63,681 nucleotides of DNA, filler included, from an uncultured Methanosarcinales archaeon (GCA_964434885.1; 5 parts of 5 records of this genome joined end to end with filler, not necessarily neighbours in it), one strand, 5' to 3'; counted from the first letter of the whole stretch, positions 39,029-49,976 are shown. Numbers and translations: made by a program. Notes: generated by a model from the letters alone, not told the origin.

Positions 39029-39128
39029 NNNNNNNNNNNNNNNNNNNNNNNNNNNNNNNNNNNNNNNNNNNNTTAATTAATTAANNNNNNNNNNNNNNNN
39101 NNNNNNNNNNNNNNNNNNNNNNNNNNNN
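39029..39128. other. Assembly gap with artificial linker
   Basis: N spacer containing TTAATTAATTAA. Confidence 0.97.
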
Positions 39129-39414
39129 ATTCGGCATCAATTTCTTCGTTTGTTTTCAAAGGAGTTTCTTTAATATCATATTCTGAAGCTTTAGTGTTAA
39201 TTTTAGGTTCTTCAGCAGGAGCGATTTCTACTTTATTTTCTGTAGTAGTTGGACTTTCTGAATGAGAAGGAGATTCAGAAGATGGTTGGTTATTAGTTGG
39301 TTGTTGTGAACCACCATGCATAGATGAATCAGGTTGTTTGTATTGGTTATTTTCTTGATTATTGTTGTAAGAAGTTCCCTCTTTTTTCTCACCATAATTA
39401 TTATAATTATCCAT
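39129..39414 (-). CDS. Partial protein with N/Q/S-rich disordered N-terminus; truncated by gap
   Basis: GAGGG SD; frame open into the gap. Confidence 0.65.
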
Positions 39415-39518
39415 TTTGTCTATCCCTCACTTGTAAATAGAAAATCAGAGGCACCACTTGTATATAAAGATTATTGGTTTGTAGTAGATTATGGTTTGTA
39501 ATCTAATCGTAAGAAAAT

Positions 39519-40406
39519 TTAATCTAAAAGAAATCTTAATTTAGTTACATAATCTTCAATGGTCTTGGAAGGAATATCTCTTAGGTTTTTTATTTCACAA
39601 GTTACTGGAAGATTACGTCTTCTAATTCCTCTAATATAGCTGTTAAAATGTTGTAAGTTGTTATATTGAGCAAATTTATGTTCATCATCTTTGTGTCCGG
39701 TTGGATGTAAAATTCCATTGTTGGTGTGAAAATGAAGAGAAACCACTTCGCCTAAAGAAAACATTGCTGAAACAGACATATCTTCAGATAATAAACGATG
39801 ACCAGAATCTACTGTTAATCCAATTGATTCAGTAACGCCTAATAAATGTTTTAAATGAGCAGGAGTGTATCCTAGTGTATGACTATCTTTTTTTGGATCA
39901 CCCATATTTTCCAAGCCAATATCAAAACCCCATTTTTGAGCTTTTTTTTCTTGGTCTAAAGAATACAAAAATTCTCTACCATGTTCTAATCCATTATGAT
40001 AACTACATAATTGTATTCCTTTAGATATTAGCTGAGGGGGGTGAATAACTACAACTTCACCAATTTGATATTGATTATACATTTCAGCAAGCATTTTAAA
40101 TCGATCTAGTAATAATTGATGATGTTCTTTTATTCCATAACACAAGCCAGTTTCTTTATTGGGATCAGAACAATTTTCATATGGCAAATGGATTTGTACT
40201 TGAATATCTCTTTTTTGGCAGAAGTCACGTATTCTTTTAGCTAGATCCTCATTGATTTTGAATTTTTGATCTTCAAAAGAATATAATTCACCACCATTTT
40301 TCTTCATTTTATCTGGTTTCAATTCAACTAAATTGACTCCTTCAATATCTCGTATTCTGTTTAATTCAGGTACACTTTTAATATGAAAACCAATTCTACG
40401 AGTCAT
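39519..40406 (-). CDS. Xylose-isomerase-like/AP-endonuclease-2 TIM-barrel metalloprotein
   Basis: H.PY, V.HP, LENM, D.GH, H.H, D.H and C-terminal E metal-ligand pattern. Confidence 0.8.
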   Translation of the reverse strand: MTRRIGFHIKSVPELNRIRDIEGVNLVELKPDKMKKNGGELYSFEDQKFKINEDLAKRIRDFCQKRDIQVQIHLPYENCSDPNKETGLCYGIKEHHQLLLDRFKMLAEMYNQYQIGEVVVIHPPQLISKGIQLCSYHNGLEHGREFLYSLDQEKKAQKWGFDIGLENMGDPKKDSHTLGYTPAHLKHLLGVTESIGLTVDSGHRLLSEDMSVSAMFSLGEVVSLHFHTNNGILHPTGHKDDEHKFAQYNNLQHFNSYIRGIRRRNLPVTCEIKNLRDIPSKTIEDYVTKLRFLLD

Positions 40407-40466
40407 ATTTTTTTAGAGATTAACTAGTTGATAAAGCTTATGATACAAAGAAGAATAAAAAGAAAA

Positions 40467-41189
40467 TTATTTTTTTGGTTTAGTAAATGTAACTTCTTTT
40501 ATCTTAACAATGTCAATTAATCTTTTCTTTAATTCTTCGAGAATTGGTTCGGGTAGATCCATAGGCAAGGTTACTTTAGCTTTGTCTTCTTTTACTTCTG
40601 CTTTAACGCCCGGTAAGTTAAGAGCTAATCCCAAATAAGCTTCTAATTGTTTTTGTTTATCGGTAATTTTTTTATTGATTTTTATATCATAAACAACTGG
40701 TCTTCCTGCTAAAGGATGATTGAAATTAACCATGATTCTCCCACCAGAAGCTCTAATGATAGTGGCTACATGTCCATCCATATCAATTTGCATTCCAGGT
40801 TGGGGATTTATGTTTTTCTTTCTAAATTCTGCTAAAGGAACTAACCTAATTTTTTTAATATCTTTTTTACCAAAAGCTTCTTCTGGAGGTAAATCAATAG
40901 TATAATCTTTACCTATTTCTTTATCGATTAAAGCAGCATCTAGGCCACCAATTAATTGTCTTTCTCCAACACAAATAATTGTTGGTTCATATTTCATTTG
41001 AGCAGAAAAGATCCCATTATCTTGAGCAATCTTTTTATCATTAGTATCAAAAACAGTTCCATCTGTTAATTTTCCAGTATATTCTACTTCAATGAAATCA
41101 TGAATAGCAATTTTGTTAGAAGTTGTTGCAGGTTTATTTTTTGTGTTATTTACTGCTTCTTTGGTTTCTGGTTTTTTATCTTCTGTCAT
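40467..41189 (-). CDS. Archaeal long-type FKBP peptidyl-prolyl isomerase
   Basis: EYTG.L.DG.VFDT, PPEEAFG and VNFNHPLAG motifs. Confidence 0.93.
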   Translation of the reverse strand: MTEDKKPETKEAVNNTKNKPATTSNKIAIHDFIEVEYTGKLTDGTVFDTNDKKIAQDNGIFSAQMKYEPTIICVGERQLIGGLDAALIDKEIGKDYTIDLPPEEAFGKKDIKKIRLVPLAEFRKKNINPQPGMQIDMDGHVATIIRASGGRIMVNFNHPLAGRPVVYDIKINKKITDKQKQLEAYLGLALNLPGVKAEVKEDKAKVTLPMDLPEPILEELKKRLIDIVKIKEVTFTKPKK

Positions 41190-41253
41190 ATTTTAGTTTG
41201 AGAAAGTGTTGATTTATAAGTTTTTTGTTCGAAAGGAAGATTTTTAAAGAGAA

Positions 41254-41892
41254 TTGGTTTTAGTATTAGTTATGGTTCACAGACCTTCAGGACCCTATCG
41301 TAGTAGTGAAGCAGATTTGAATCCGTTGCAAAAAGAAGTGGCAGCAAATATTAGGGCATTGGGAGATATTGCTAATTATACTTGTGGTCAAGGAAAAAAA
41401 GATGAGAAATTCCAATTAGGTTTTCTTTTAGCAGTCAAGGAATTGGAGAAACTGGGTTTCGAAAAATTGTTTGACTTTGTTGTGTTAGAAAAACCCAAGA
41501 ATGTGGGAGGTTTACCAGGACGCACCCATTATGAGCGAAAGGGCATAAGGTATATTTACTGGGCTAATGAGCAGAATCTTTTTTTTATTTATTACTATGT
41601 GGATATGGTTACTCATTATGGTGAGGAGTTCTTAATTCAGTGTTTGGATTCGGCGGTGACAGGGAAAAGAAAAGAGCTTACCCGGGTTTATTTTTTATTC
41701 CAGGAAAAAGAATTGATAAGAAAAATCAAAAAAATGGTCCCATTAAGATTTAGGTTTTGGAAGAGACCACCTAGATTTTATCGACAATATGAAGCTAATT
41801 ATGTTGGTAAATGGGATGAGCTTAACGATATAATTACGAGTAAATCCAAAAAAATCAAATTTTATCAGGCTTGTTTGAAAGCGATGGACTAG
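41254..41892 (+). CDS. Hypothetical protein (start probably ATG 41272)
   Basis: ORF of about 206 aa. Confidence 0.6.
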   Translation: MVLVLVMVHRPSGPYRSSEADLNPLQKEVAANIRALGDIANYTCGQGKKDEKFQLGFLLAVKELEKLGFEKLFDFVVLEKPKNVGGLPGRTHYERKGIRYIYWANEQNLFFIYYYVDMVTHYGEEFLIQCLDSAVTGKRKELTRVYFLFQEKELIRKIKKMVPLRFRFWKRPPRFYRQYEANYVGKWDELNDIITSKSKKIKFYQACLKAMD

Positions 41893-41896
41893 GTAA

Positions 41897-42442
41897 TTAT
41901 TTTTTTAGAAATTCAATTATTTTTTCAGTTACTTCTTGGGCAGAAATTGTAGAGGTGTCGATAACTAAATCATAATTGGATTCTTCATAAGGATTAGTTT
42001 GGTAATATTGTTGGTATCTTTTCTTTTCGGATTCTTCTCGACGTTTTAATTCTTCAATTATTTCTTTTAGATTTTCTCCTCTTTCTTCTTTTCTGATGTT
42101 TTTAATTGTAATATCTTTCCAAATTCTTTCGGCTCTATCTTTGAGTTCTGCAGTAAGAAATATTTTGATGGAATTAGGAATAAAATGATATCCTAAACGA
42201 GCATCAATAACAAATCGATCATTATTTTTTCCTAGTTCAATTTGTTTTCTATCTAAAGTTTGATCAATGGATTTATCTCCTTCAGCAATTCTTCCTAAAT
42301 CTTCTAGAGAAAGATTTCTTTCTTTAGCAATTTGACGCATGAAATCCCCAATAGAATAATGTTTAAATTTTAATTGTTGGGCTAGTAATTTTCCAACTGT
42401 TGATTTACCAGAACCAGCTGTTCCAGAAATTGTGATAATCAT
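41897..42442 (-). CDS. cmk: Cytidylate kinase, archaeal type
   Basis: ITISG.AGSGKST, IFL.A....RA.RI, RE.SE..RY..YY and YDLVIDT motifs. Confidence 0.92.
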   Translation of the reverse strand: MIITISGTAGSGKSTVGKLLAQQLKFKHYSIGDFMRQIAKERNLSLEDLGRIAEGDKSIDQTLDRKQIELGKNNDRFVIDARLGYHFIPNSIKIFLTAELKDRAERIWKDITIKNIRKEERGENLKEIIEELKRREESEKKRYQQYYQTNPYEESNYDLVIDTSTISAQEVTEKIIEFLKK

Positions 42443-42575
42443 ATTGGTGGGAAGAAGAGGAAGTTTAAATAATTATTTGTTTAGATTGATTATTGAAGTG
42501 AAAGGAATAAATTTAAATTAGTTTTTGATGTTGTTTTTAGAAACCAATATAAACAATAAAGGATTACTTAGTTGA

Positions 42576-44228
42576 ATGAATTTATTAAAAGAGGTAAAAA
42601 CATTAAGAAAAGAGACTAGAGAGGCTTTAGAGTGGTTAGCTTCTGAATTTAGTTTTTTGAAAGAGTTAGATGATTATATTTCTAAGCTTTATTTGAAAGA
42701 TAATTTAGCTGAAGAAAAAAAAGCTTATCGTAAAGCAAACAAAGCATTAAGATATGTAAAAAGATCTGAAGGTAAAGCAGAAAGACATATTTCACATTTA
42801 AAAAAGAAAATTAAAGAATTTCCTTTTTTGCAAGCAATTGGAAGTAAATTAGATATTTCAGAAGCACAGTTGGTAAAAGCATTTTCTTTTTATGCTGGTG
42901 ATTTTCAAGATGAAATGCAGAAGGTAGTTGATACTTTGGATGAAAAAAAGAAAGATTTAAGACAGCTTAAATTAGCTACTCTTTTTTCAAAAGATAAAGA
43001 AGAAATTGATAAGTTAGAGAAGAAAGTTGCAGGTGCTGGTTCTGATTTGAAGAAAGTAGCTAAAGAAATGGAAGAGAAGATTGATGTTTTGATTAGATGG
43101 GTAGAATCTTTAGGGGCTCTTTTAAAACAGATTAAAGAAGAAGAAAGTAAGTTAGATGAGATTTTTGCTGAAAAGATGACTAGAAGAAGAGCAATGGAAT
43201 TAGTGGGAAAAGGATTAATTGCAGCGGGTTTAGGAATTCCTTCTACTTCCGAAGCATTTACTATGGTTAATAAGTTAAGTAAATGGGACAAAAAAAGACC
43301 AAAAAGAACCAAAACTAGTTTTATTATATTACATACTACGGAAGGGGCTGGTCCTGGGTCTTTATACCGAATTAAGAGGCATGGTTTAGCTAATTATATG
43401 TTAGATACTGATGGGACAGTTTATCGTACAATTTCTTCAAATAAGATTTCAAAACATGCAGGGAGAAGTATGTGGAATAATGTTCGAAATATAAGTAATG
43501 TTTCTATAGGTATTGAAGTAGTAGGATACCATAATAAGGATTTGACTGCGGCTCAATACAAAGCATTGAGGGAACTTTTAAGTGTATTGAAAAAGAGCTA
43601 TGGTGTTGCTGATAAGAATGTTTTAACACATTCTATGGTGGCTTATGGTGCACCTAATCGTTGGCATAAAAAATCCCATAGGGGTAGAAAAAGGTGTGCT
43701 ATGTTAATGGGAACTGTTGCTGTTCGGAAGAAATTGGGTTTGAATAGTAAACCAACTTTTGATCCTGATGTTAAGGCAGGTCGTTTAGTAGTCGCAGATC
43801 CACCTTTAGAAAAAATATTGTATGGGACACAACCTAAGGTTATTCCCAAACCTAAGCCAGAAATAAAAGAACCTAGGGGTTTTGAAGGATTTAATGTTCT
43901 TAAAAAAGGACAATCAGCTTTTGATATTGCTCGAGATGAAGCCAAATCATCTACTACTATTTATTTTCTTACCAATGGGTGGGTTAGAACAGGGACAGCT
44001 TTAGTTAAAGAAAAACTATTTACAAAACTTCAACCAGGAACAAAAATTTTAGTTGGTTATGTTTATGGAGGGTTTATTACTGCTAAGAGAAGTGTAAGTA
44101 GAATTTGTGGAGCACAATGGAATTATCCTTCGACTTTTTATCGTTATGCTAATGGCAAGATTGTTTCTGGGGATGAAGTAGAAGCAACAAACATTCCTAA
44201 AGGAACATTGGTGTTTTTTAGGAATTAG
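42576..44228 (+). CDS. N-acetylmuramoyl-L-alanine amidase (Amidase_2) with N-terminal coiled coil and internal twin-arginine-like segment
   Basis: IILHTTEG, HAG, N..SIGIEV.G, Q..AL..L and LTHS..C motifs; TRRRAMEL..GLIAAGL..SEA at about aa 200. Confidence 0.85.
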   Translation: MNLLKEVKTLRKETREALEWLASEFSFLKELDDYISKLYLKDNLAEEKKAYRKANKALRYVKRSEGKAERHISHLKKKIKEFPFLQAIGSKLDISEAQLVKAFSFYAGDFQDEMQKVVDTLDEKKKDLRQLKLATLFSKDKEEIDKLEKKVAGAGSDLKKVAKEMEEKIDVLIRWVESLGALLKQIKEEESKLDEIFAEKMTRRRAMELVGKGLIAAGLGIPSTSEAFTMVNKLSKWDKKRPKRTKTSFIILHTTEGAGPGSLYRIKRHGLANYMLDTDGTVYRTISSNKISKHAGRSMWNNVRNISNVSIGIEVVGYHNKDLTAAQYKALRELLSVLKKSYGVADKNVLTHSMVAYGAPNRWHKKSHRGRKRCAMLMGTVAVRKKLGLNSKPTFDPDVKAGRLVVADPPLEKILYGTQPKVIPKPKPEIKEPRGFEGFNVLKKGQSAFDIARDEAKSSTTIYFLTNGWVRTGTALVKEKLFTKLQPGTKILVGYVYGGFITAKRSVSRICGAQWNYPSTFYRYANGKIVSGDEVEATNIPKGTLVFFRN

Positions 44229-44462
44229 TGGAAATTCGAGTAGTTTTGATTAGTATCATAATAAAAAAGAATTTTTTGATGTATTTTATTGCTTTTTGAA
44301 AAGTTGGATACATAAATTTTATAAATAAAGATAACTACTTCAAAGTAGATGTTTAAATGGAATTAAATTGTGATAATTTAATTAAGATTACAGAACAAAT
44401 TTTAATATTTTTAATAAAACCAACAATGAACTGAGATTATCCAGGAAAAAACATATTAAAAA

Positions 44463-46142
44463 ATGACTGAAGAATTTATTTTAGGTATTAATGGGTGGGA
44501 AGTGAGAGGACATGATGCTTCGGCGTCTTTAATTAGATGTTCTTCTCAAGGTATAGAAGTGATTGCGGCAGCAGAAGAAGAGAGATTTACAAGGGAAAAA
44601 CATGCTTATGATTGTTTACCTCATCAAGCAGCAAATTTTTGTTTAGAAGAAGGGGAGATAAATGTTGAAGATTTATCGGCAGTTGCTTTTTCGTGGGACA
44701 TGCCCAAAAGATATTCAGAAAGAAAAATTGATTTTGACATAACAGATAAAGGTTTAATTGAATTTTTATTTAGAAAAAAACCAAAAAAATATCCACAGTT
44801 AAATTTTATTGACCATCATTCAGCTCATGCGTTAAGTACTTATTCTCCATCTCATTTTGATGAAGCAACTATTTTAGTTATTGATGGTCAAGGAGAAACA
44901 GATTCTTTAACAGTATGGGAAGCCAATAAAAATAAATTATATTTGTCTTCCAGATCACAGATAAATTCTTCTTTAGGGTATTTTTATGAAGCACTTTCTG
45001 AATTTGTTGGGTTTGCTGCTAACCAAGCAGGTAAAACAATGGGGTTAGCACCTTATGGGAATAGTGAAAGATTTTTAGAAGAACTCATGGATTTTTTTGT
45101 TGTTGATGGTCCTGTTTTAGATGTACCTGAAATAAAATTGGAATTAGGTAAATCAATGGGGAAATATCTTCCACTAGATGAACAAGAACAAACAAGGGGT
45201 TTTTGGTTAAATTTTTTCTCTTCACTTGTTGGTGTTGGTCCAGCAGAAAAATCTCAGAATTACAATTTTCGTGATTTTCCAGAACCTTATTTAAGTTTAG
45301 CTGCTTCAGGACAAAAAGTTTTAGAAGAACTGGTTTTAAAGATAGCAAAAGAAAATCGAGGAGGGGGAAAAATTTGTCTTGCTGGCGGTGTAGCACTTAA
45401 TTGTGTTGCTAATGGAAAACTAATTCAGGAAGGTTTTGATATTTATGTACAACCAGCAGCCAATGATGCAGGTACATCCCTTGGGGCTGCTTTAGAAATT
45501 GCCAGACAAAAAGGTTATCCAATTACTAATGTTTCTATGAGTCCGTACTTAGGTAAATCTTATTCGGATGGAGAAGTTAAACAAGTATTAGATAGTGAAG
45601 GAGTAAAATATAATGAGGAAGAAGATTTATCCGAAACCATCGCAGAACATGTTACAAGAGGAGAAGTAATTGGGTTGTTTCAAGGTCGTTTTGAGTTTGG
45701 TCCAAGAGCATTAGGGAATCGTTCTTTCATTGCAGACCCTTCAAATGCAAAGATGTTGGATTATATAAATAACCATATAAAATCTAGGGAAGAAGGAAGA
45801 CCATTAGGTCCAAGTTTATTACTTTCTGAAACCGATAAGTTTTTTGAAGGTGGAGTTCGTGGTCCACATATGACTATTGTTTACCCCGTTAAAGGAAATA
45901 TGTCGGCAATTACTCATATCGACGGTACAACGAGACCACAAATACTTACTAGAGAAGATAATCCTGTTTACCACCAGCAGTTAGAAGAGATTAAAAAGAA
46001 AACTGGTACTGGTGCAGTAATCAATACCTCTTTAAATTTTAAAGAACCAATCATTGCTTCCCCTTATGAAGCATTGTCTCTACTAAAAAGAACTGCTGTA
46101 GACCATATTGCATTCAATAATAAATTTATAATACGTAGGTGA
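44463..46142 (+). CDS. Carbamoyltransferase (NodU/CmcH/TobZ family)
   Basis: HDASA, AAEEERF.R.KH, HH.AHA, IDG.GE, GK.MGLA.YG, GGVALNC.ANG, EFGPRALGNRS and NTS.N motifs. Confidence 0.95.
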   Translation: MTEEFILGINGWEVRGHDASASLIRCSSQGIEVIAAAEEERFTREKHAYDCLPHQAANFCLEEGEINVEDLSAVAFSWDMPKRYSERKIDFDITDKGLIEFLFRKKPKKYPQLNFIDHHSAHALSTYSPSHFDEATILVIDGQGETDSLTVWEANKNKLYLSSRSQINSSLGYFYEALSEFVGFAANQAGKTMGLAPYGNSERFLEELMDFFVVDGPVLDVPEIKLELGKSMGKYLPLDEQEQTRGFWLNFFSSLVGVGPAEKSQNYNFRDFPEPYLSLAASGQKVLEELVLKIAKENRGGGKICLAGGVALNCVANGKLIQEGFDIYVQPAANDAGTSLGAALEIARQKGYPITNVSMSPYLGKSYSDGEVKQVLDSEGVKYNEEEDLSETIAEHVTRGEVIGLFQGRFEFGPRALGNRSFIADPSNAKMLDYINNHIKSREEGRPLGPSLLLSETDKFFEGGVRGPHMTIVYPVKGNMSAITHIDGTTRPQILTREDNPVYHQQLEEIKKKTGTGAVINTSLNFKEPIIASPYEALSLLKRTAVDHIAFNNKFIIRR

Positions 46143-47029
46143 AAAAAATGAAAAAAGAAATTATGCCCAGTGTAGGAAAATTAAATCAACATTTTTTGAT
46201 TGATCAAGAAGTGTTAGATTGTATGGTATTAACACCTGATTTAACTAGAGAAGATGTAGTTTTAGAGATTGGTCCAGGTAAAGGGATAATGACCGAGAGG
46301 TTAGCAGATCTGGCTGGTCAGGTCATAGTTGTAGAATATGATTCTAGACGCATACCTGATTTGGAGAGTTTATCTGAAGACAAAGGCAACATTGAAGTTA
46401 TCCAGGGAAATATATTGAGAATGAAATTACCAGATGTTGACTATATTGTCTCCAATATTCCTTTTAATATAACTGAACCTTTGGTAAAAAAATTATTTGG
46501 TGCTAGGGTTAAATCATCTACTTTGTTAGTTGGTCAGAAATATGGGCAAAGCATTGTTGGAGAGGAGCCCTCTAGTCGTTTAGCTATTCTTACACAAGCT
46601 TATTTTAGGACAGAATATTTAAGAAATGTTTCTAGTAGTTGTTTTAGTCCTGAACCATCAACAGATGGAGCTATTGTAAGTCTAACTCCCATAAGTAAAC
46701 GAGACCCTTCTTGTGATTTTAAAAAATATATGATTAGATGTGTTTGGGATCAAAAAACACGTCCGTTAAAGGATGCGCTTCAGGCAGGGATCTCTCAGTA
46801 TTCTTCAATCAAAGGGGGAAATTACACAGGGGAAGAAAAATTTCTTAGACAATTAAGTCAAACTTTTCCTCATTCATTAGATTCAAGGGTAGATAATTTG
46901 TCAAATCCTGAATTTATGAACCTTTATGAGGCATTAAGTAAATTAAAGATAAAAAAATTATTTGGGGGCCATAAACCTAGGGGGGGAGCTAGAAATTGGA
47001 GATCGAAATTTGCTGAATATTTAAAATGA
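46139..47029 (+). CDS. KsgA/Dim1/Erm-family rRNA adenine dimethylase-like protein
   Basis: QHFLID, VLEIGPG.G..T, SNIPFNI and F.P.P..D motifs. Confidence 0.85.
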   Translation: MKKMKKEIMPSVGKLNQHFLIDQEVLDCMVLTPDLTREDVVLEIGPGKGIMTERLADLAGQVIVVEYDSRRIPDLESLSEDKGNIEVIQGNILRMKLPDVDYIVSNIPFNITEPLVKKLFGARVKSSTLLVGQKYGQSIVGEEPSSRLAILTQAYFRTEYLRNVSSSCFSPEPSTDGAIVSLTPISKRDPSCDFKKYMIRCVWDQKTRPLKDALQAGISQYSSIKGGNYTGEEKFLRQLSQTFPHSLDSRVDNLSNPEFMNLYEALSKLKIKKLFGGHKPRGGARNWRSKFAEYLK

Positions 47030-47988
47030 ATAAAGACTTTTTACCATTAACAGTAGTTATGCCTTCAAGTGGAAGAAAAAGTTTAGAAACAACCTTAAGA
47101 AGTATAACTGATTGTGTAGACCAGATATGTGTTGTGCTTAATAATCATCCAGTGGGTAGAAAAAGTGAAGTAGAAGAAATGTATTTTGCTTCTGGAGTTG
47201 AAAGATTTTGTGAAGATTTTGAAATACTGGAATCTGCTATTCCTGGTCTTGGAAGAGCATACAATTTGGGGATAAATTTTGCAAGAAATAATTGTACAAT
47301 TATTATTGATGATGATTTAATTGTTATGCCAAAAAACTTTAGTCGTTTGTATTCTACTCATTCAAACTTTCCTGATGCTTTAATAAAAGGAAAAGTATCT
47401 TACCCTAGACTAAAAGAATGGGAGGATTCTTTAAAGAATGTTTTAGGAGATAATTTTTCACCATACAAAAAGAAGACATTAGAAAAATTATTCATGGGTT
47501 TTCAGACTTATTTTACTTGTGGGTCAAGACTGAGAAATACTACTAATGCTGATGCTGCTTACATGCCCAATGTTCTTGTAACTAAAACGATACTACAAAA
47601 ATTAATGAAGACAGATGGGTATGGGTTTAATGAAGAATTAACAAGTGCTGATCCAGAATTTATTTTGAGGGTCGATTCTTTAAGGACACCAACAAGATGG
47701 GTAGATGATGCAGTAGTTTTGCATCAACCCATGGACATAATTTCTGATTTAAAAAGTTCTTGGTGGTATGGTGATAACAAAGCAAGAAGAGTTTTGAAAG
47801 AACTTTCTAAAAAAAGCCCATTGCTACCAGATGAGAAGGATTTTAGACTCAGAGATATTTTTCCTATTCCTTTTGAACATTTAAGAAATAATGAATTATT
47901 GTTGGGTCTTTATCAACTAGCTTGGCAATTACAACAATACAGAGGTTATCATCATTTCAAGAAAAAAAAGGGAGTGAATATAAAATGA
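47026..47988 (+). CDS. Glycosyltransferase family 2-like protein
   Basis: VVMPS, A.N.GI..A, IDDD, F.E...D.EF..R and V.H motifs. Confidence 0.8.
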   Translation: MNKDFLPLTVVMPSSGRKSLETTLRSITDCVDQICVVLNNHPVGRKSEVEEMYFASGVERFCEDFEILESAIPGLGRAYNLGINFARNNCTIIIDDDLIVMPKNFSRLYSTHSNFPDALIKGKVSYPRLKEWEDSLKNVLGDNFSPYKKKTLEKLFMGFQTYFTCGSRLRNTTNADAAYMPNVLVTKTILQKLMKTDGYGFNEELTSADPEFILRVDSLRTPTRWVDDAVVLHQPMDIISDLKSSWWYGDNKARRVLKELSKKSPLLPDEKDFRLRDIFPIPFEHLRNNELLLGLYQLAWQLQQYRGYHHFKKKKGVNIK

Positions 47989-49172
47989 AAATGTCAGATT
48001 TAGTTGACCAGAGAAAAGAAAATTCTTCAGTAGTTCTTGTTACAAATAATTTTTGCCCCACTTCTCCCATTAAAGAAAGCAACTCATACATATTGAATTT
48101 TACAATTGGAGATGAGGAGCCTCATCCTCAATCTGATCAAACTTTCGATTTAAGCCATACACTGAGAATGATTTCAAATAAAGGGCCTTCTTGGAGTAGT
48201 AATTTATTTTTAACTACTTTGGCAGTAGCTCGAGCAGAATCATTAGGTTCTTCCAAAGTATTTGTTCCTTCTGGTTTCTTTCCTAAGGAATATGTAAGTA
48301 ATAATTTTAATTTTAGATTAAATAACTTGGTTAATGAAGGGACAGATAGAGAAACAGAAATAGAAGTTATTTTTTACCCTTCCATAAACCAGACACATAT
48401 GGGCAAAGCTATTCTTGGACCGAAGAAGAGTTTAGTTCTTGCTTCTGGAGGTACTGACAACACTGTTGCTGCTGCTTTGAAGAAAAGATTGGGTTCAAGA
48501 ATTGGGATGTTTCAAGTAATCTATGGGCAAGCAGCAAGATATCAAGAAAAATGGTGTGTTGATGAGTTAATGGAAGATTTAGAATTAATCCAATTAACTC
48601 GTTTAGAATTAGATGTTCTTAAGCATTATGGGGGGTCTGCTTTATTAAGAGATGATATGCAATTGAAAGAAGACAACTTATTTTTGGAATATGTTCCTTT
48701 TCGTAATAGTATTTTTCTTGCTTCGGGATTAATGGTGGCTAATCAAGAAAGTTATAATTCTCTTATTCTTGGAGCACATCCTGATGATACAATGGCACCA
48801 GATGGAACAAGAACTTATGTTGATTCTTTCAATGATCTTTTAAATTGTTTTAATTTTAATACTCCTTCTATTGAAGCCCCTTTACTTTACTATGGTGGAA
48901 AACCAGAACTTATTGAGTTGGGTTTGGAATTAGGTGTTGATTTCAGTCATACTTGGTCTTGTCACACTTTCGTTCCTGAATACGATGCAGGTAATAAAGC
49001 AGAAGCATGCGGAACTTGTGGCAATTGTATTACTCGTTATTCAGCTTTTGAGAAACTCGGAAAAGTTGACCCAGTCGAATATAAAGAAAAACCTCCATTA
49101 AGAAAAAATTGGGCAGGCAAGAAAGAAGATCACCATCAATTAAGAAAAAAACTTCTTTTGAGCGACAATTAA
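47985..49172 (+). CDS. QueC-like PP-loop ATPase with N-terminal extension
   Basis: SGG.D.T, YGQ...E, YVPFRN.IFL and TWSC...CGTCGNC..R; start at the ATGA overlap 47985. Confidence 0.85.
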   Translation: MKMSDLVDQRKENSSVVLVTNNFCPTSPIKESNSYILNFTIGDEEPHPQSDQTFDLSHTLRMISNKGPSWSSNLFLTTLAVARAESLGSSKVFVPSGFFPKEYVSNNFNFRLNNLVNEGTDRETEIEVIFYPSINQTHMGKAILGPKKSLVLASGGTDNTVAAALKKRLGSRIGMFQVIYGQAARYQEKWCVDELMEDLELIQLTRLELDVLKHYGGSALLRDDMQLKEDNLFLEYVPFRNSIFLASGLMVANQESYNSLILGAHPDDTMAPDGTRTYVDSFNDLLNCFNFNTPSIEAPLLYYGGKPELIELGLELGVDFSHTWSCHTFVPEYDAGNKAEACGTCGNCITRYSAFEKLGKVDPVEYKEKPPLRKNWAGKKEDHHQLRKKLLLSDN

Positions 49173-49889
49173 ATACCTTTCAGAATTAGTCTTGATTCCT
49201 TTTTCTGTTTTGTTTTCTTTTTCAAGTTCAGTTATTTTTTCTTTATCTTTTTCTAAGTTGAAATTAGGTATTATTGGCGTGTGTTGTAAAAGAAATAAAA
49301 TATCTCTGATGTCTTTGTAATATTCTGTAGCATTATAATAATCTTTTTTAATTATCTTGAAATGATAATGTATTAATTGATTAATCATTTTATTTATCAT
49401 AGTTCCTGTTCTTTCTCCAAAATACTGCCCCCTTCCAAATATTTTTTTGATGTTGATTTTGTCTTCTTCACCTACTTGTTGTGTTATGAAAAATCCTCCT
49501 TCTTTTAATACTCTAGAAATTTCTTTTGTATTGAATGGAGAATGTCTACAAATTACTAAATCAAAACTTTTTTCAGGAAAATTAAGATTGTTAATGTCTG
49601 CCTGAAAAAATTCAACATTTTTTTTCCTAGTTTTATTTAAATTTTCAATCGACTTATTAATCATTCCAGAAGAACTATCAATCCCTACTATTTTTTTACA
49701 ATGGTCAGCTAGTTTTAATGTTTTCTCTCCTCCACCAGAACCGAGATCTAGAACAAAATAATCTTCTTTAAGATAAGATTTGATTATTTCTAGAAAAACC
49801 CATTTCTTATCTTCAATAGACAAATTTTTCTCAATTTTACTAAAATTCCAACCTATTTTCTCTCCCACTTTATCATAAAATGATATCAT
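49140..49889 (-). CDS. Class I SAM-dependent methyltransferase
   Basis: GWNFS, LDLGSGGGE, FDLVI.RH and RVLK.GG.FITQQVG motifs. Confidence 0.88.
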   Translation of the reverse strand: MISFYDKVGEKIGWNFSKIEKNLSIEDKKWVFLEIIKSYLKEDYFVLDLGSGGGEKTLKLADHCKKIVGIDSSSGMINKSIENLNKTRKKNVEFFQADINNLNFPEKSFDLVICRHSPFNTKEISRVLKEGGFFITQQVGEEDKINIKKIFGRGQYFGERTGTMINKMINQLIHYHFKIIKKDYYNATEYYKDIRDILFLLQHTPIIPNFNLEKDKEKITELEKENKTEKGIKTNSERYLIVAQKKFFS

Positions 49890-49976
49890 ATATATCTTTT
49901 TAATATCTTTAATTTATAAAATATTTGGTTAAATTAACATAAAATTTATTAACAAGTTACTACTTTAAGATAATGG

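Noticed and set aside
44358..44435. 25-codon ORF upstream of the carbamoyltransferase
   Set aside because: It has no SD, distinctive codons or structure, and is plausible by chance in AT-rich DNA.
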